A stretch of 62,086 bases of DNA, the filler included, from Diploschistes diacapsis (lineage: Eukaryota): the NCBI GenBank assembly GCA_023645945.1. It is 6 parts of 6 records of this genome, joined end to end, with 100 filler letters (N's around TTAATTAATTAA, not from the genome) between each part and the next. Parts side by side here need not be neighbours in the genome. Positions count along the whole stretch, not along the records: positions 10,378 to 20,649 come from JALAIB010000943.1; positions 20,750 to 31,020 come from JALAIB010000944.1; 4 more parts are not named here. One strand, given 5' to 3'. Positions 10,711-23,557 of this stretch are shown in pieces (position 1 is the first letter of the stretch; each line of letters opens with the position of its first letter). The notes beneath the pieces are model-generated. The model was not told the DNA's origin. It saw only the letters and a program-made list of their open reading frames with translations, and ran no database searches. Position numbers and translations under genes: made by a program.

Positions 10711-11855
10711 TTACAACGTAGCACCATAGTTCCTCATTACCACCTGCTCGAGTTCATGCGGATCTCTAAACCACCTAGCCTCCTGCCCGTCGCGCTGGGC
10801 AGCCACAACACTCTTTTGTCTGTTGACCAGCATCTCCAAGACCGATGGACCGGTCAGCAGCGCCTCGCACACACTCTCGCCGGATATGTCGGCGTTGTGG
10901 TTATACAGGACGAAAATCTGCCGTGCGCGCAGAGCGGCGAGGCATGTTGCCAGCCCAGTGATTTCGTAGAGGGGTATCATGCAGAGCACAGGTGACAGGT
11001 CTAGCGGGTCGGCGGAGAGTAGGTCTAGCTGGTGGTGCGACCAGGAGTATTTTGTAGGATTTGCCGTTGCCGGCGGTGCGGGAGGAGAGGAGAGAAGGGC
11101 CGTCAAAATGGGTGATGAGGACTTCCGTGTCTCCTGTTTCTAGCTCTTTTCTGTAGTTGAAAGGGGTTTGGTAGCGTTGCGTTGTGCCTGCCTGACCGTG
11201 GTAGTCCCGTCGTACCGAGATGGGTAGCGTGCTGACCATTTCATCGCGCCGGTGTATCGACATCCATATGATATGGGCGTCGACCAAGCCAGTCTCCGGT
11301 TCGAACATGAAGACGGAGATATTTTCGCGAAGACAGATCGAAACGTTGGTGGCTACTGGGCGCAGAGGCGAGAGCAGGAGGGGCGTAATTACTAACCGTA
11401 TGAGCGCGGCGATGGTGATGAGATAGGAGAGGTCTGATACCCCGAATATCGCGGCGACTTGATGGAAGTTGATGGGCTGTAGCTTGTAAGCAGTGCGTCT
11501 GAAGCGGCAGGCGTGGGGGGAATAGGACCATCAATGCCATGATGCCTTGTTCGAGCAGCCTTCCTGCAGCACGTTCCACCATACGGTCCAGTGTACGACC
11601 ATTGAGAAACTCGTAGTCGTCGGGAGCGTGAGGAGACTTTGGGCTTGCTAGTATCGTTTCTTGTCCATCCGTCAACGCAAGACTTCGAATGAGACCATCG
11701 AACATGAATTTCGAACCATGGTTCGAAAGATTGCGATTTGTAACAAATGCCCTGGTGTCGCCGGTTGTCATATTCCTCACTGCCACATTGTTTGAGTCTT
11801 CTTTCCGTGGAGAAGGGTCGTCAGCGCCAGCCATGTCCGGGATTGCTGAGCTCAT
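10711..11855 (-). CDS. Hypothetical protein, intron-containing or frameshifted
   Basis: Three overlapping minus-strand ORFs (11241-11882, 10901-11308, 10711-11106) with protein-like segments in different frames; no family recognised. Confidence 0.3.
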
Positions 11856-12579
11856 GTTCGGCGATAGAGGCCAGAAGCCCAAAGGAAGGTGGCGAAGGTT
11901 CTGCTATCTGCAAGACATCAAGTACACATGAAGAAAAAGGTATGATAGGGGCTGATTGTGATGATGTCTTCTCAATCATTCAGAAAGGTGAACAAGATGC
12001 GGCTCCAAGGATGGGGAAAGGCGTCGAGGGAGGGGCGGCGATCAACGAGCTAGCTAATCCTGAACAATAGAAAGATACTTAGATAGGCTCTGCGCTTGTC
12101 TGCTGGAAACAAGCATACAACACACTCGGAGAACACGTTCGTACGGACAATTGTCGTGACAGCGAGAATTGCGTGCAGTAGCTTCTAGAAGATCCGCTTC
12201 TCTGAATGGGTCAAACAGGTTGAACGGACGATGAACCAACGGAGTCCGTCCAGGGGCATGACAATTCTTGTGCGTGATTCAGATATAGTAGGGGCATCGT
12301 AGTTCTCACAACAAACATGCAATAGAGCCGTTCCTTGCACAGCAACGACAGTGAGAGCTCTGAACGATGCCTGTGCTTAACGAAAGAACTAGATACTCGA
12401 TTGAATGCCTTTCTGATCATGTGTATATACTATTATTCGTTGCTTCTTTGACTCATTATCCTCCTAACTTCAACGCAAGAATGTCATGGTGCAAGGATTC
12501 GAAAACATTGTAGTAGATGAGACCAGTCCTTAATCGCCCCTAATGTAATGATTTACCACTAGCCGGTCACGGACCCTAC

Positions 12580-14197
12580 CTATGATATCTCCGAGTTGGG
12601 ACCGATGATGCCGATACCGGGGGAGGCACCGTTGACGGGGCTGCCGCTCGAGGCATCGCTGTCGAATTCTTGCCGGTGGGGGCACTGGGATTGACAAAGC
12701 TTGTCAGGTTGCAGTTGAACTACCTATCATTCACGAAAAATAGCGCCACGACTCCCTGGAAGAAGCCTTCGAATAGGTCTAGGTTATTGTACACGGTCGG
12801 CTGCAACTGGTTAGGTGCTGTATCGAAGATGTTCGAGAACGAAGCAGCCAATCTCAGCAGGAGTCTTGTCCGAAAGTCAACACCAAGAAGGGGCCAAATT
12901 GTCAAGGCCTTCGTTTCCGCTGAGCTGTCGGTGGGTGTTAAGGAACATATCGCCAGCTTCCCCGAAGGCGAAAGGAAGACTGAAGGTCGTTCCGCGACGG
13001 AATCAGTTCTCAGGGAGTGTTTCATTCAGGAAGAAAGGTGCGACGTTGGCATAATTCGCAGTGTTTTCGGTAGTGCCGTTGCAAGGCTAGCGTAGACGAA
13101 AACCCGTTCCGCATGGGATACTTATAGCTATGGTCAGATAGAGGACGGGAAATGCCAAGAATTTACTGACCCGCAAACTAGGATTCGTGGCGCGAGAGAT
13201 GTCGTAGCGGTAGCCCTGGCAGTGGATTCAGTAACTATTCGGGAATGTGAGGGTTCTGGGTTTACATTGTCATGCACCTGCGTCTCAAATTCGAACAATC
13301 CGCCATACTGGTTGCTAATGTTCACGTATTCGTTCCAGCGTTGCAGAAGGAACTGAGTCTTCTTCCAAGTCTTAAAGTCACAGTTTGGTCACTTACGTTG
13401 GCGTTGTTCCCGAAATAGGTGTCTTGGTGGGTAATACTGCCATCAATTTCGAAGACGCCATGCTTGTCGAGGCCCAAGGCAGGGCCGATGGTATTTGGAA
13501 CCCTGGCGTCGGCTCTTCTGATGAAAATACTTGCCCCTGATGAGGTCACCACCCGGCTAGCAGGCCGAGGGCGGACAAGAAGACCGATAATCCATATCTG
13601 AAGCCGTGTCCGGTTTGGATACCATTGGCAGCTTCTGCGAAACTTGTGATCTGTGGCGGCTAAAGTCGTATTGGGTCGGAACAGAAGGTTCACTAACGCC
13701 ATCGCTAGACAGATAGCCACTGAGATCAGCTTGATAGTGTAAGAGCGGAAGACTTGGACGCACTGATTAGCCAAAGTTTTCAAGGTGGGACAGATGCCCC
13801 TTTGATCCGTAGGCCCTGGCGCTTGAAATTGATGGTTAGGGTCCTCGCCCGGGATCAATTTCAGTCCTTGCGGCTGAGGAGTAGGAAGTTCGATACCGGC
13901 CGAAGCCCCCGTGAGCGGCCGGAGGCTGCCGTTCAAGAGACCACCACCAAAGGGGAGGGGGAATAACTGCCTTGAGTCGAGTCGCTTGGTCTGAGCCTCA
14001 TGCTTGGCTTCGGCCTCTCGGCGACGCTGGTCGTGGAATAGCTTCTCAGCTACTTATGGGTCTCTTTTAACAACATCGAACTTGGCAGCGCCGCCCTCGC
14101 TCAAGACTCCTGCACGCCGCAGGAGCGAGTGGAAGCAGGCAGCGCCATATGCCTGGCTTAAAAGAGCTGCGCTAGATACCAGTGTGAGGAGCTTCAT
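12580..14197 (-). pseudogene. Heme-thiolate peroxidase (chloroperoxidase / unspecific peroxygenase, Peroxidase_2 family) pseudogene
   Basis: Signal-peptide-like MKLLTLVSSAALLSQAYG; HQFQAPGPTDQRGICPTLKTLAN(H) resembles the proximal Cys (PCP) motif; GLDKHGVFEIDGSITHQDTYFG resembles the E-x-D-x-S motif. In-frame TAA at 14054-14056 and further frameshifts and stops. Confidence 0.8.
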
Positions 14198-16145
14198 TTT
14201 TAAACAACGAGACTTGAGTACCGATAACGCCTAACGAGATTGAATGTTTAGCATCTTTATGTAGAGGTAATATCAGCTACCCAGCTAGAAGCAGCTTGCC
14301 GGCCTTTCATCACGTCTTGCTGCAATCGAAGCACGCAATGTAGTCCGTGGGTAGTCGAACAGTGAAGCAATGCAGCCCATCGACCGATGCTGGATGGTTT
14401 GTCTATAATGCCAAGCCTGGGAAGCATCTATTAGTGAGAACAGCAACTATTATATACCTAGTAATAGTCATAACCCAAGCGAATCTGGACTTCCAGGATA
14501 CCCCACGCGTTATTTCAGCCCAAGTGAAAGATTGGAGAAGAACCATACGAGAGAAAGGAAATGTTTGGGAGTCGTTCCCTGTTAGTCCGATCTGCAAGAT
14601 AGGCTTTGAATGCCGTATCCAGTCCCAGCGCTAGGTGCAGGACTGAAAAGGAGCGAATGAGACAACGTGGTTGCTTGACTCTCCATAATAAGCATGGCTA
14701 AGTGCCTTTCGCAAAGCCATGCTGTGTGTGTGAATCTTCTTGGTTATAACGTGCCCATTTGAGATGCCAAACGGCTGGCATATTGAAACTTCCGGGACAG
14801 GACACGGGTGTTTTGCTTTGTTGCATAGAGACAGAATATGCAAAACATACGGTCATTGCTCTCAGATCACCCTTTGACACTGCTGAAGCTGATTTTCCTG
14901 CTTGCAGATGCAGTTTCAAGGGATGTTACCAAGCCGAGCCTCGATTCATGCGCCTCCTCATTGCCATTACGCAAGAGGCACGCAAGCCGGGGGTGTCAGA
15001 AGGCAAGGGCAGCTCCCTGTAACAAAGTCATTCGGCAACTTAATGGTGTGACAGGATTGAAGACCTTGTAAACGTTCATTCTCTCAGTGCATGGGGGGAG
15101 GAATCACAGCCTCTCAAAGCCTCAGAACCTTGACATATGTGGTAAGCTGGTAGTAAGCTGCAGACCAAAAGGCTGAAGAGCGAGCACCAAGTATGGATAG
15201 CACCCTGGCACGTCTGGAAAGTGGGATATATTGGACACAATGGTATTTCTGCATGGGATTTCTGTGATTTCAAGTTGAACTATATCATCAGCCTCGGCGC
15301 CAACTCCTGTTTGGCACTGCAGGTTTGGCGCATGGCGTGCTTTCAGGGGACTCCTCACCCCTTTCGGACCTCCACTTTCCAATTTAGGCGAGATCGCAGC
15401 TCAAAAGGGTGAACGATTGTCGTGGTTTGATTTCGGCGGCGTCTAAAGCGCAGCTATTGTAACGGTTCAGACATCCGCTTAGATTTGGTCGGTCATTCAT
15501 TAGCTCTCGGCTTTGGCTCAGGAACATTGTGAAAAGTAGTGGTCTCTGCAAATAACGGACGTCTCTGTTTTACTCTGCTCTGCTCTGTTCTGCCCTTAAC
15601 GAGAACAATGGCGTGCCCAAGCCTCCGCATGCCTTCATTCTCTATCACCCTATCACAGGAAATTTCATGCTTCAGAACCAAGAAAGCGCTTGTCGGAGGA
15701 CCTCGGCTGCTGAGCTTAATGCTAGGTTTCTCTAAAGGAAAAAAAATTCCTCAAAGATGATGGATAGAAGACTGATAGCGCATGTTTGACATTGCGCTCG
15801 GTTCAAACCCAAAACGTTGCGTTAAGAAGTTGGGGAAAGTCTTTCCTTCAACAGGATGCGATAATAGCATTCTGATTGGCTCGGTTGCAGAACAACGCAT
15901 CAGATCCGCAAGCCGGCAACAAAGTACTCAGGACCATCACCCCTCAAGCGTAAACTTCATTAATTGCGCCCTCAAGGGAATAATTGCGTGTCCACATTGT
16001 CCAACAACGACAGTTTCCCCAATGCTGGTATGGGTAATCGCACTTTAATACGACTCACTAATATGCTGCAGATGTGAACCCATCTGATATAATATCCATC
16101 AGAGACTCCATCGCCATGCTTAAGGCCCAGTGAACTTCGTGTATT

Positions 16146-18725
16146 TCATTGCTCATCAGAGTCATTCTTGTCCCACTCAGCACGATCGATAAAAGTACCG
16201 GGACTGGCAGGATCAAGTTTAGAAAGAAACTCTGCAGGAACTTGCGGTATATACTTTCTTTCGCGCTCCTTATTCATACCTCCATAACCCCCACCATAGG
16301 TCAGACGTAGGTCGACACTTGTAGGTAAGCTAAATTGTAGCATGTGGGTGGGATCCATCAAGAGCTGCTCTTGTTCCAGTTCGTCGTCATCCCTGACATC
16401 GATGCCATTTGGATTATGTACTGAGGTTGGGGAGGCAGCCGCGGCTTTGGTCGGGGTCTGTGGTGGTGTCTGTTCGGTAGATCTTCTGTTATCAATTTTC
16501 GGAGTTGCTTGTCGCTCTTTTCGAGCAGCCAGCCTCCGATTGTTGACCTCCATGTGCATTGATTGCAACTGTCTCCGGGCTTGCTTCGGAAGCCCCTTTT
16601 CGCCTACTTCGCATCGGTAGTTGTTACTCGAGCGTAGTAATTGTTCTGCCGTTAGCCTCGTCATTTGCTTTAAAGTATTATCGAATGCATCCATGTCTTC
16701 CCCCAGTGATGAAAAGCATTGGAGCCACTGAAGCAGCTGAATCACGGGAGCCAAATGCTTTCTGGCTGCATCCACGGTATTTTCGCCCGAAGTACTAAGC
16801 GAGCCATTCTCGTAGTGCTCTGGAGTACGGTTGTTGTTCCGTGCCCAATCCTCCAACACTGAGACGTTCATTCGGATTTGCATGGCTTTCGTGCGTGCAA
16901 GGTATTTCTTTTTGCTCAGGATTCTATTGAACAGCTCGGCTCCTAGCCAATAGAAAAGTTGAGCTAGAATCTGGGCCGTGATGACGGAATGGACGTCGTA
17001 CAGATCCAGCACAAAAAGAGTGGACGAGAGCAACGAAGTGGTGTTTCGTGGCGATGTTTGAGGTTTGGTGGCCATGTTAGGTTTAACTGGGATGCGCTCA
17101 GGCGCCTGCACTTTGCTCTTTGACTTGAAGATCTTCCAGTCGTTTGCAAAGTGAACATCCTCAAACCCAGGGATGGTTTCGTGCTCTAGCATTGCCATCT
17201 CGAGAGAACGATCCATGCGCCTCTCGGCGTCTCTGATGATGAGTATGAAGATCTCATGGATCAGCTCCGATAGCTGCGCCTGGAATTCGTTTGTGACCTG
17301 CATCAAGCCCGAATCCTTCTTCAGATAATGCAGAAGGAGAGTCGCATTGGACATCCAAAATGCAAGTACAGTCATGTCCCACTGACATCGTTCGACTTTA
17401 TCATTAATCTTGTCCATGGCTTGTACAAGAAGCGAAGCTAACAGATCATGAGTAGCATGATAGTGGGCATATCGCGCACCTAGAAAGATAACATTGGCTG
17501 GCACAGGCTTCTGTGAAGGACTCCGTTGCGGAGTCATATTCGTGATAATGGTATCTAGTATCTGCTCTAGGTAGTCTTCTCGAAACACAAACATTTGATC
17601 GTAAAGACACCGGTCCCACACGAACGGTTGCTGCTCATCTACCTCCTCGGGTGTCTTGAACCAATTAGCAGCCTCATCAACTTACAGAGATTACTAACCT
17701 CGGGTCGCTCGTCCATCCCCAAGCTTGCGAGATCGACTTCAAGATTGATTGAGCTTTCCATCATCATTCGCCTCTGCATTTCGTTCTCCTCCATCTCCTG
17801 CTCGAACTTGTCCTGAGAGAAGCCACCGTCGTAGAAGTCACCTCCGGAAACTCCAGCGTCGCCGATTTGGTAGCCATTCTCATGCAGGTAATCTGACATT
17901 TCTCCATTGGGTGGCGCAAAGTCGAGAGCAGTCCTACCCGAGGAAGACTTTACTTCTGGGGAAGCGCCATGGTCTAGAAGTATCTTGGCTATATCCTTGT
18001 GCCGGTTAGTCATAGCCCACATCAAAGAGGTCCATTGATTTCTATCCTGGCGATCGACAGTCGCGCCAGCGTCTAGAAGGGCTGAGACAACCTCGTGGTG
18101 GCCCTACAGAGGTTAGAGAAGGCAGCTTATGAATGGGAACACCCACTTACAAAGCAGCTAGCGTAGATTAAAGGGGCCGTGCCCTCTTCGTCTGCCGCGT
18201 CGAGGTCGAGGTAGTCCTTGGCCGTCCCTTCGACCAGTCGTCTGACTCGCTCTATTTCACCATTACTGGCAGCCATGTGCAGCGATTTCTGGAGTAGTTT
18301 CCTCTTCTCATCTCCTGACAGCTTCTTGTCCGATAGTACGGCTGCATCGTCTCCAGGGACAGACTCGTCCTCCCTGTGAGCAGCCTGCGCAGCAAGCATC
18401 TCCATTAACCGGGTGTCATTATCTGCCGCCTGCCGTGCGAAGTGATTGAAGTTGTCATCGTCACTGATGGAGAGATTGAAAGCTAGCGGAGAGACGGGTG
18501 TCGGGTTCGTGAGATAGTGTGATTGTGCTGAAAAAGGATGTGAGCCAAGGGTCCTATGCCTACAGCGTTTGAGAGTGACGTGAGCCTACCTTGCCAGCCA
18601 TCGTACATCTCTGTTTCACCGCCGTAGCTCTGCATCTGCCTCCGGTCGTTTAGGGATCGCGGCAGGTCAGATGGAAGCTGCCTAGCTTGAGGCCGTCCCT
18701 CGTCATCTTGTCCAAATGTATCCAT
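16146..18725 (-). CDS. Ankyrin-repeat and DIL (Dilute) domain protein, multi-exon
   Basis: Ankyrin repeats (LHMAASNG, GTAPLIYASCF, GRTALDFAP). DIL domain text AQILAQLFYWLGAELFNRIL...KAMQIRMNVSVLEDWAR. Exon ORFs at 18483-18725, 18127-18405, 17639-18025 and 16146-17621. Confidence 0.9.
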
Positions 18726-19380
18726 CTTAGCTAAAGTGGTGAGAGTTCATGATTGCTTAGGGCAAGGTTACCTCTTCGTAGAGGAAAAGCGAAGTGAGCT
18801 GCTGTAGCCTAGCGATCGAGTAGGATATTCCGGAAAATCGCGCCCATATTGCCACACAAACTCATCTCCTGTGATAGCTAGCGAGGCGTGCAGTGGGCGA
18901 TACGACTTGAAGTTCAATACAGATTGTCTTGCACAGCTTCAAGGCTCAAGTGGCAGACCGAAAGCTGCTGGAGTCGTTCTGAATGTATGAAGATCTCCTC
19001 GCCTATATAGATTACAGGGGAAAGTGCGTCACTAGAGCGACCCCTTTGTCAAACCGAGTCACTAGGGGTAGTATGTATTCACTCCCCACAACATGAGAGG
19101 GGATTCTATGCTTGTATCTGGATGACAGGACGAACAACTGTAGCTACGGTCTGATGCTAATATTTCCAGTGACATAGGAAGTTGTCCTAGTTGTATAATC
19201 TTTTAGAGGCTCCCCCAGCCCTTACAGCCCTCAGCTATGTCGAACATTTAGCACGTCCAACGGCTTTCTGTCTTGTTCTCCGCAAGCAAGCGCAGACGGG
19301 AAGCGGAGTGTGCTAAACATCGGACAAGGCTAGAGTTTAGATATGTACCGTTACGGAAGGGGCATCACTTTCAATACATA

Positions 19381-20649
19381 CAGTGGGGTCCCAAAAGTAG
19401 TTGGGTATGAAAACAACAAAACACGACCCACCAACTTTATCAAGCCATTGCGCGCTCAATAAAGCTTTAATGAATGCGCAAATTAGATCATTTTGAAGCT
19501 CTTAAATAGTAAATAATATTAATATTTAATTTGCCATCCTTGCGCGTCTATATAAGCCTATATACGCTTCGACATAGAATAAACTAATATAACAGGCAAT
19601 TCCTATTCCCTATCCCCCAAAAACGTCCTTAAAGCTTTTCGAATTACTGCTTGTAAAGTATTTTTTTCGTTTCCGGGCTTCCGCGCATTATTTTAAGCTC
19701 AGAATGAAGCTTAAAAGTTATCTTTTTAAAAATAAGCCATAGATGTTCGATAAGGTTTAAATCTAAATTATAAAAAAGATAATCGAGCGTTTAAAAATTT
19801 AATCCTTTTAAAAGAGCTTTAATTTTGGGTAACGCATGTATTGAAGTTTAGATATCTAGAGGTCTAACTAGAAGGAAGAGTCTACATGTAAGCTCTTATA
19901 CCAATAGGATCCACTAAGCCCTATAGACTTGCACTACTCCCGATTAGGATTAGCAGGAACCCCAGTAAGTTCAACTAAACTGAACCTGAACTTGAGGTTC
20001 AACTGAACTTCCCAGCTATGCATTCTACCTACCTGTTCAATACTCCTTTACGGGCGGAACCATCGGCATGTTCACCTGGTCCAGTTAGATGCCTTTTATA
20101 TTAGTCCAAATCCTTTAATGAACATGTCGTGCTTAACGTAGTTTAATGATTTCGTTAATCCGTCGGTAATTATTTTGTCTATAGGTATGTAGGTAACATT
20201 AATACGGTCTCGTTTAACTAGGTCCCGTATATAATAATAAATAATATCGATATGTTTTGATTTGTCGTTAATCCTCGCGTGTTTTATTAAATTTAAAAAA
20301 TCAATATTATTTCTTAATAATTTAATAATAAATAAAAATAGATTTATAAACTTTACATATCTAATATTTTTTAAAAACTATACGTATTATAAGGCCTACT
20401 TTACGGCATATAATAATTTAATATATTTAATTTTAATTATCGAGGTAGAAACTAAACTTTATTTCTTACTTATTTATAGTATTAGGCCACTATATAACTA
20501 AAAAATATATCTATACGTAAACTTTCGGTCTATTTTATCTTCCCCGTAATCTATATTAAAATATCTTCGTAACTTTAAAAGTTTAAATTCAGATTTAATT
20601 AAAAATTGAACCTTCGTATCTTTAATCTTTCGAATATAACGAAATAATC
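19381..20649. mobile_element. AT-rich degenerate (RIP-like) DNA transposon relic, truncated by contig end
   Basis: Abrupt shift to AT/TpA-rich sequence. Begins TA|CAGTGGGGTCCCAAAAGTA, resembling a Tc1/mariner (impala-type) terminal inverted repeat with a TA target site. No intact transposase and no second TIR visible. Confidence 0.6.
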
Positions 20650-20749
20650 NNNNNNNNNNNNNNNNNNNNNNNNNNNNNNNNNNNNNNNNNNNNTTAATTA
20701 ATTAANNNNNNNNNNNNNNNNNNNNNNNNNNNNNNNNNNNNNNNNNNNN
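20650..20749. other. Artificial assembly linker / gap
   Basis: N44-TTAATTAATTAA-N44. Confidence 0.98.
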
Positions 20750-21985
20750 GAAGAGGATTGGAAATGTGCGCGCGGGGGAGGTGGCCGGGCGCGAGGCGGG
20801 GAGAGATGGGTTGGAGAAAGAAACGGAGGGGAGGGGAAAAGAGAAGGAGGGGGCTCGTCTGGCCCCCCCTACGTGGTAGACAGACAGGGAATGGTCGAAA
20901 GGGGGAATGGGGAAGAGGGACGATGCGAGCTTCAAGGAAGAAGCGTTCGAGCTGCGAGAAGCAACCGTCGCACGCTGGGGAGTTTGGGGCAGATGTAGCG
21001 CATTCGCTGGCTCAGGAACAGGGGGAAAGGGGACGTGTGTTTTGAGCAGGTTTGCGGCCCTTGGCTCTGTATCTTTGTCCGTGAGGTTCGGTACATCATC
21101 AGTACGAGGGAATCCGCATGCCCAGTCTGGGTCCGCCTGCTTTGATTGAGCGAAGCATCTGGGTTCATGCGTGATTATCGTGTATAGGGGCATGAAGTTG
21201 GATCGATTGCCCTTTGAGCTCTTAAAAGCACATGATCATTTGGGAGCACGTAGAGGCTTTTGAAAAGCTGGTATTGTCATTCGACACTAACGGACTATCT
21301 GGTATCATTCACACTCTGCCGGATCAAATGCCGCAAGGTATAGGCTTCCTTGAAACCCCCCCCCCAAGAACCACAACCCACTGATGCAGAAAAGGGGGGT
21401 GGGGGGCACAAGAATTCCACACCCTAAGCTGCGCCAGGCCCAAACGCCCGTCAAATGCTAAACGAAGTTGTGCTGCCTGGTTGCAGCGAAGTATTTTGTG
21501 TGCTCGACTATCGGTAGGAAATCGCATGTGATATCGCTCTTGCTGGTATGTTTCGATGGTAAAAGTGATATCACGTCAAAATGTAAGTAGGTCGAGGTGG
21601 AATCTAGATCCTGAGGGAAGGCCTTCAATATAGACAGGTATCTGGGTATTGGATTGGTTGGAGAAAGCTGTGCCATAATATGATCGTGGTCGACAAAGAA
21701 GAGGAAGGAGCTTCAAGTCAGTCTCGCACTGGGAGGGCCCAGAGATGGCAAAAGACTAGTTACGCCGAACGGGTTGGCGACCACGCTGCAGTCTGTCCAT
21801 GGTTAAGCCAGTACCGCGCGCGGAGAGAAACGCCGATGAAGCAGATAAGGCCGCCCAGATGGGCTAGTCATAGTACGGTGCAGGAACTAGAAGAGAATCT
21901 ACAATTCCACTTCGAATTAGTATGCTGTTCTCCAACTGTGTTTCCGTTCATTATTACCTAGAAACGGAAGCAAGCCTGCGACGAC

Positions 21986-23557
21986 TCACCTCATACCTTG
22001 GACACGTCTTACCCAATGCGCGGCGATCTTCAACCGTTCACGCACGCTTCTTGTGGGAAGTAGGCGGTATTTCTCGGACTCCTTGATTGGCAGCACGCTC
22101 GCAAGCCAGAAAGAGAAGATCGCCGGATCGGTAGGCGGGTTCCCATACGCATGAAGGACGTTGGCTGACAGCCAAGGAGCAGATACCTCGCGCATCCGAT
22201 CCACAAAGTCACGACATATGTGCATCAGATCGGCAGTGCTTAGCGAAGCAAGAGGGGCTGCCGAACCATTGCGGGTGCCAGGGTCGGGAGGGTGCTGCAT
22301 GGAAACTTCGGCGGCTTCGAGAGCCTCCTCTTCCGCGAGCGGAATGTCATCGACACGCTCGACCGTCCCGACGCCGTAACCGTCGAGGACGTCATGATCG
22401 ACAATTTTGAATCGGCTCACTCCTCGAGTTTCGACCAGACTCCGACCATCCGGCAGCATCTGCATGTTCTCGATGTGCAGCAAAGTTCCATACTGTAAGA
22501 ATTGGCTCATCCCGAGCTCCCCTTGCTCTTCCCCGGACCCATTGTACGCAACCATGCCGAACTTTCGATCCGATTCAATCGCCCGCCGGATCATCAATCG
22601 ATATCGAGGCTCGAAAATGTGAAGGAAGGTTGGCATCTCCGGATACGAGAGGGTACATACGAAAAGCGGAACCTTGACGGCATCGGCGGGGACAGGTGGT
22701 TCGACATTGAGCGCCCTGATTCTGGCGGCGATCTCATCGGCACAGAGCGAGTGGACGAACTGGGCCAATCGCTTGTTCGAGGGCTCCTTCGTCACACCTG
22801 GAGTGATACTGAGCGAGCGCCGACATATCGGACATGTGGCCGAATGATCCAAGATTCGGGCAACGCATTGCCTGCAAAAAGAGTGGCCGCATGGGGTGGT
22901 CACTGGCTCCAGCATCAGGCCATAGCAGACCTCGCATTCCGCCTCGCCACGAACCACATCCTTAAGACGATCGAGGAGAGCGACGTCCAGTTGCTTGTAG
23001 GGATCGCCAGTCGGAGACAGGCTCCGATAAGTCACCTCGGAGTCGTAGATGAGCTCTCCAAGCTCTACCATGGCAAATGTCGACAGCAAACGACCACCAT
23101 GGAGGGTTTGCGAGTGAGGGGACTTCCGGGATGCAGCATCGTTCATCATATTGCGCCAATGTAAGTTTTCGTCCAGCACTGTGGGTGTGTTGCTGGCCTG
23201 CGCCTTGAACCTGCGTGTCTCCTGGCTGACCCGCTCGAGAATCTTCGTGAGCGTAACATCGTTGCTGCAGTCGCCCACTGCATGCTCTTGACGGCAGTCC
23301 TCGAAGGGACAGATGAATCCCACCTGCCTTTCTGGCAGCATTGGATATGTTATGTTCTCTCTCTTATGTGGTTCGGGCAGGCATGATCGACAGAGGCCGT
23401 TTCCGCAAGGCAGGATGACTGGCTGGCGAAGGGGAAATGAGCAGAATCGACACTGTGTGAGTCGCACTACAGCGCGGGCATCGACGTGGGCGTCGAGTCC
23501 CTTGGTAGTGGCGAGTTGGGCTTGGGGGCCATGGTCGCCACCGCCGCTCACGAACAT
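21986..23557 (-). CDS. LON peptidase N-terminal domain and RING finger protein (CrgA / LONRF-like)
   Basis: Two RING motifs (CRFC...PVILPCGNGLCRSC; CEVC...PVTTPCGHSFCRQC...CPIC), then a LON substrate-binding domain (VPLFVCTLSYPEMPTFLHIFEPRYRLMIRR). Likely ATG at 23557; a final small exon probably lies below 21986. Confidence 0.92.
   Translation of the reverse strand: MFVSGGGDHGPQAQLATTKGLDAHVDARAVVRLTQCRFCSFPLRQPVILPCGNGLCRSCLPEPHKRENITYPMLPERQVGFICPFEDCRQEHAVGDCSNDVTLTKILERVSQETRRFKAQASNTPTVLDENLHWRNMMNDAASRKSPHSQTLHGGRLLSTFAMVELGELIYDSEVTYRSLSPTGDPYKQLDVALLDRLKDVVRGEAECEVCYGLMLEPVTTPCGHSFCRQCVARILDHSATCPICRRSLSITPGVTKEPSNKRLAQFVHSLCADEIAARIRALNVEPPVPADAVKVPLFVCTLSYPEMPTFLHIFEPRYRLMIRRAIESDRKFGMVAYNGSGEEQGELGMSQFLQYGTLLHIENMQMLPDGRSLVETRGVSRFKIVDHDVLDGYGVGTVERVDDIPLAEEEALEAAEVSMQHPPDPGTRNGSAAPLASLSTADLMHICRDFVDRMREVSAPWLSANVLHAYGNPPTDPAIFSFWLASVLPIKESEKYRLLPTRSVRERLKIAAHWVRRVQGMR

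Noticed and set aside
20750..21193. Minus-strand 163-aa ORF at the start of contig 3
   Set aside because: Low-complexity Pro/Ser-rich, truncated by the gap, no recognisable motif.
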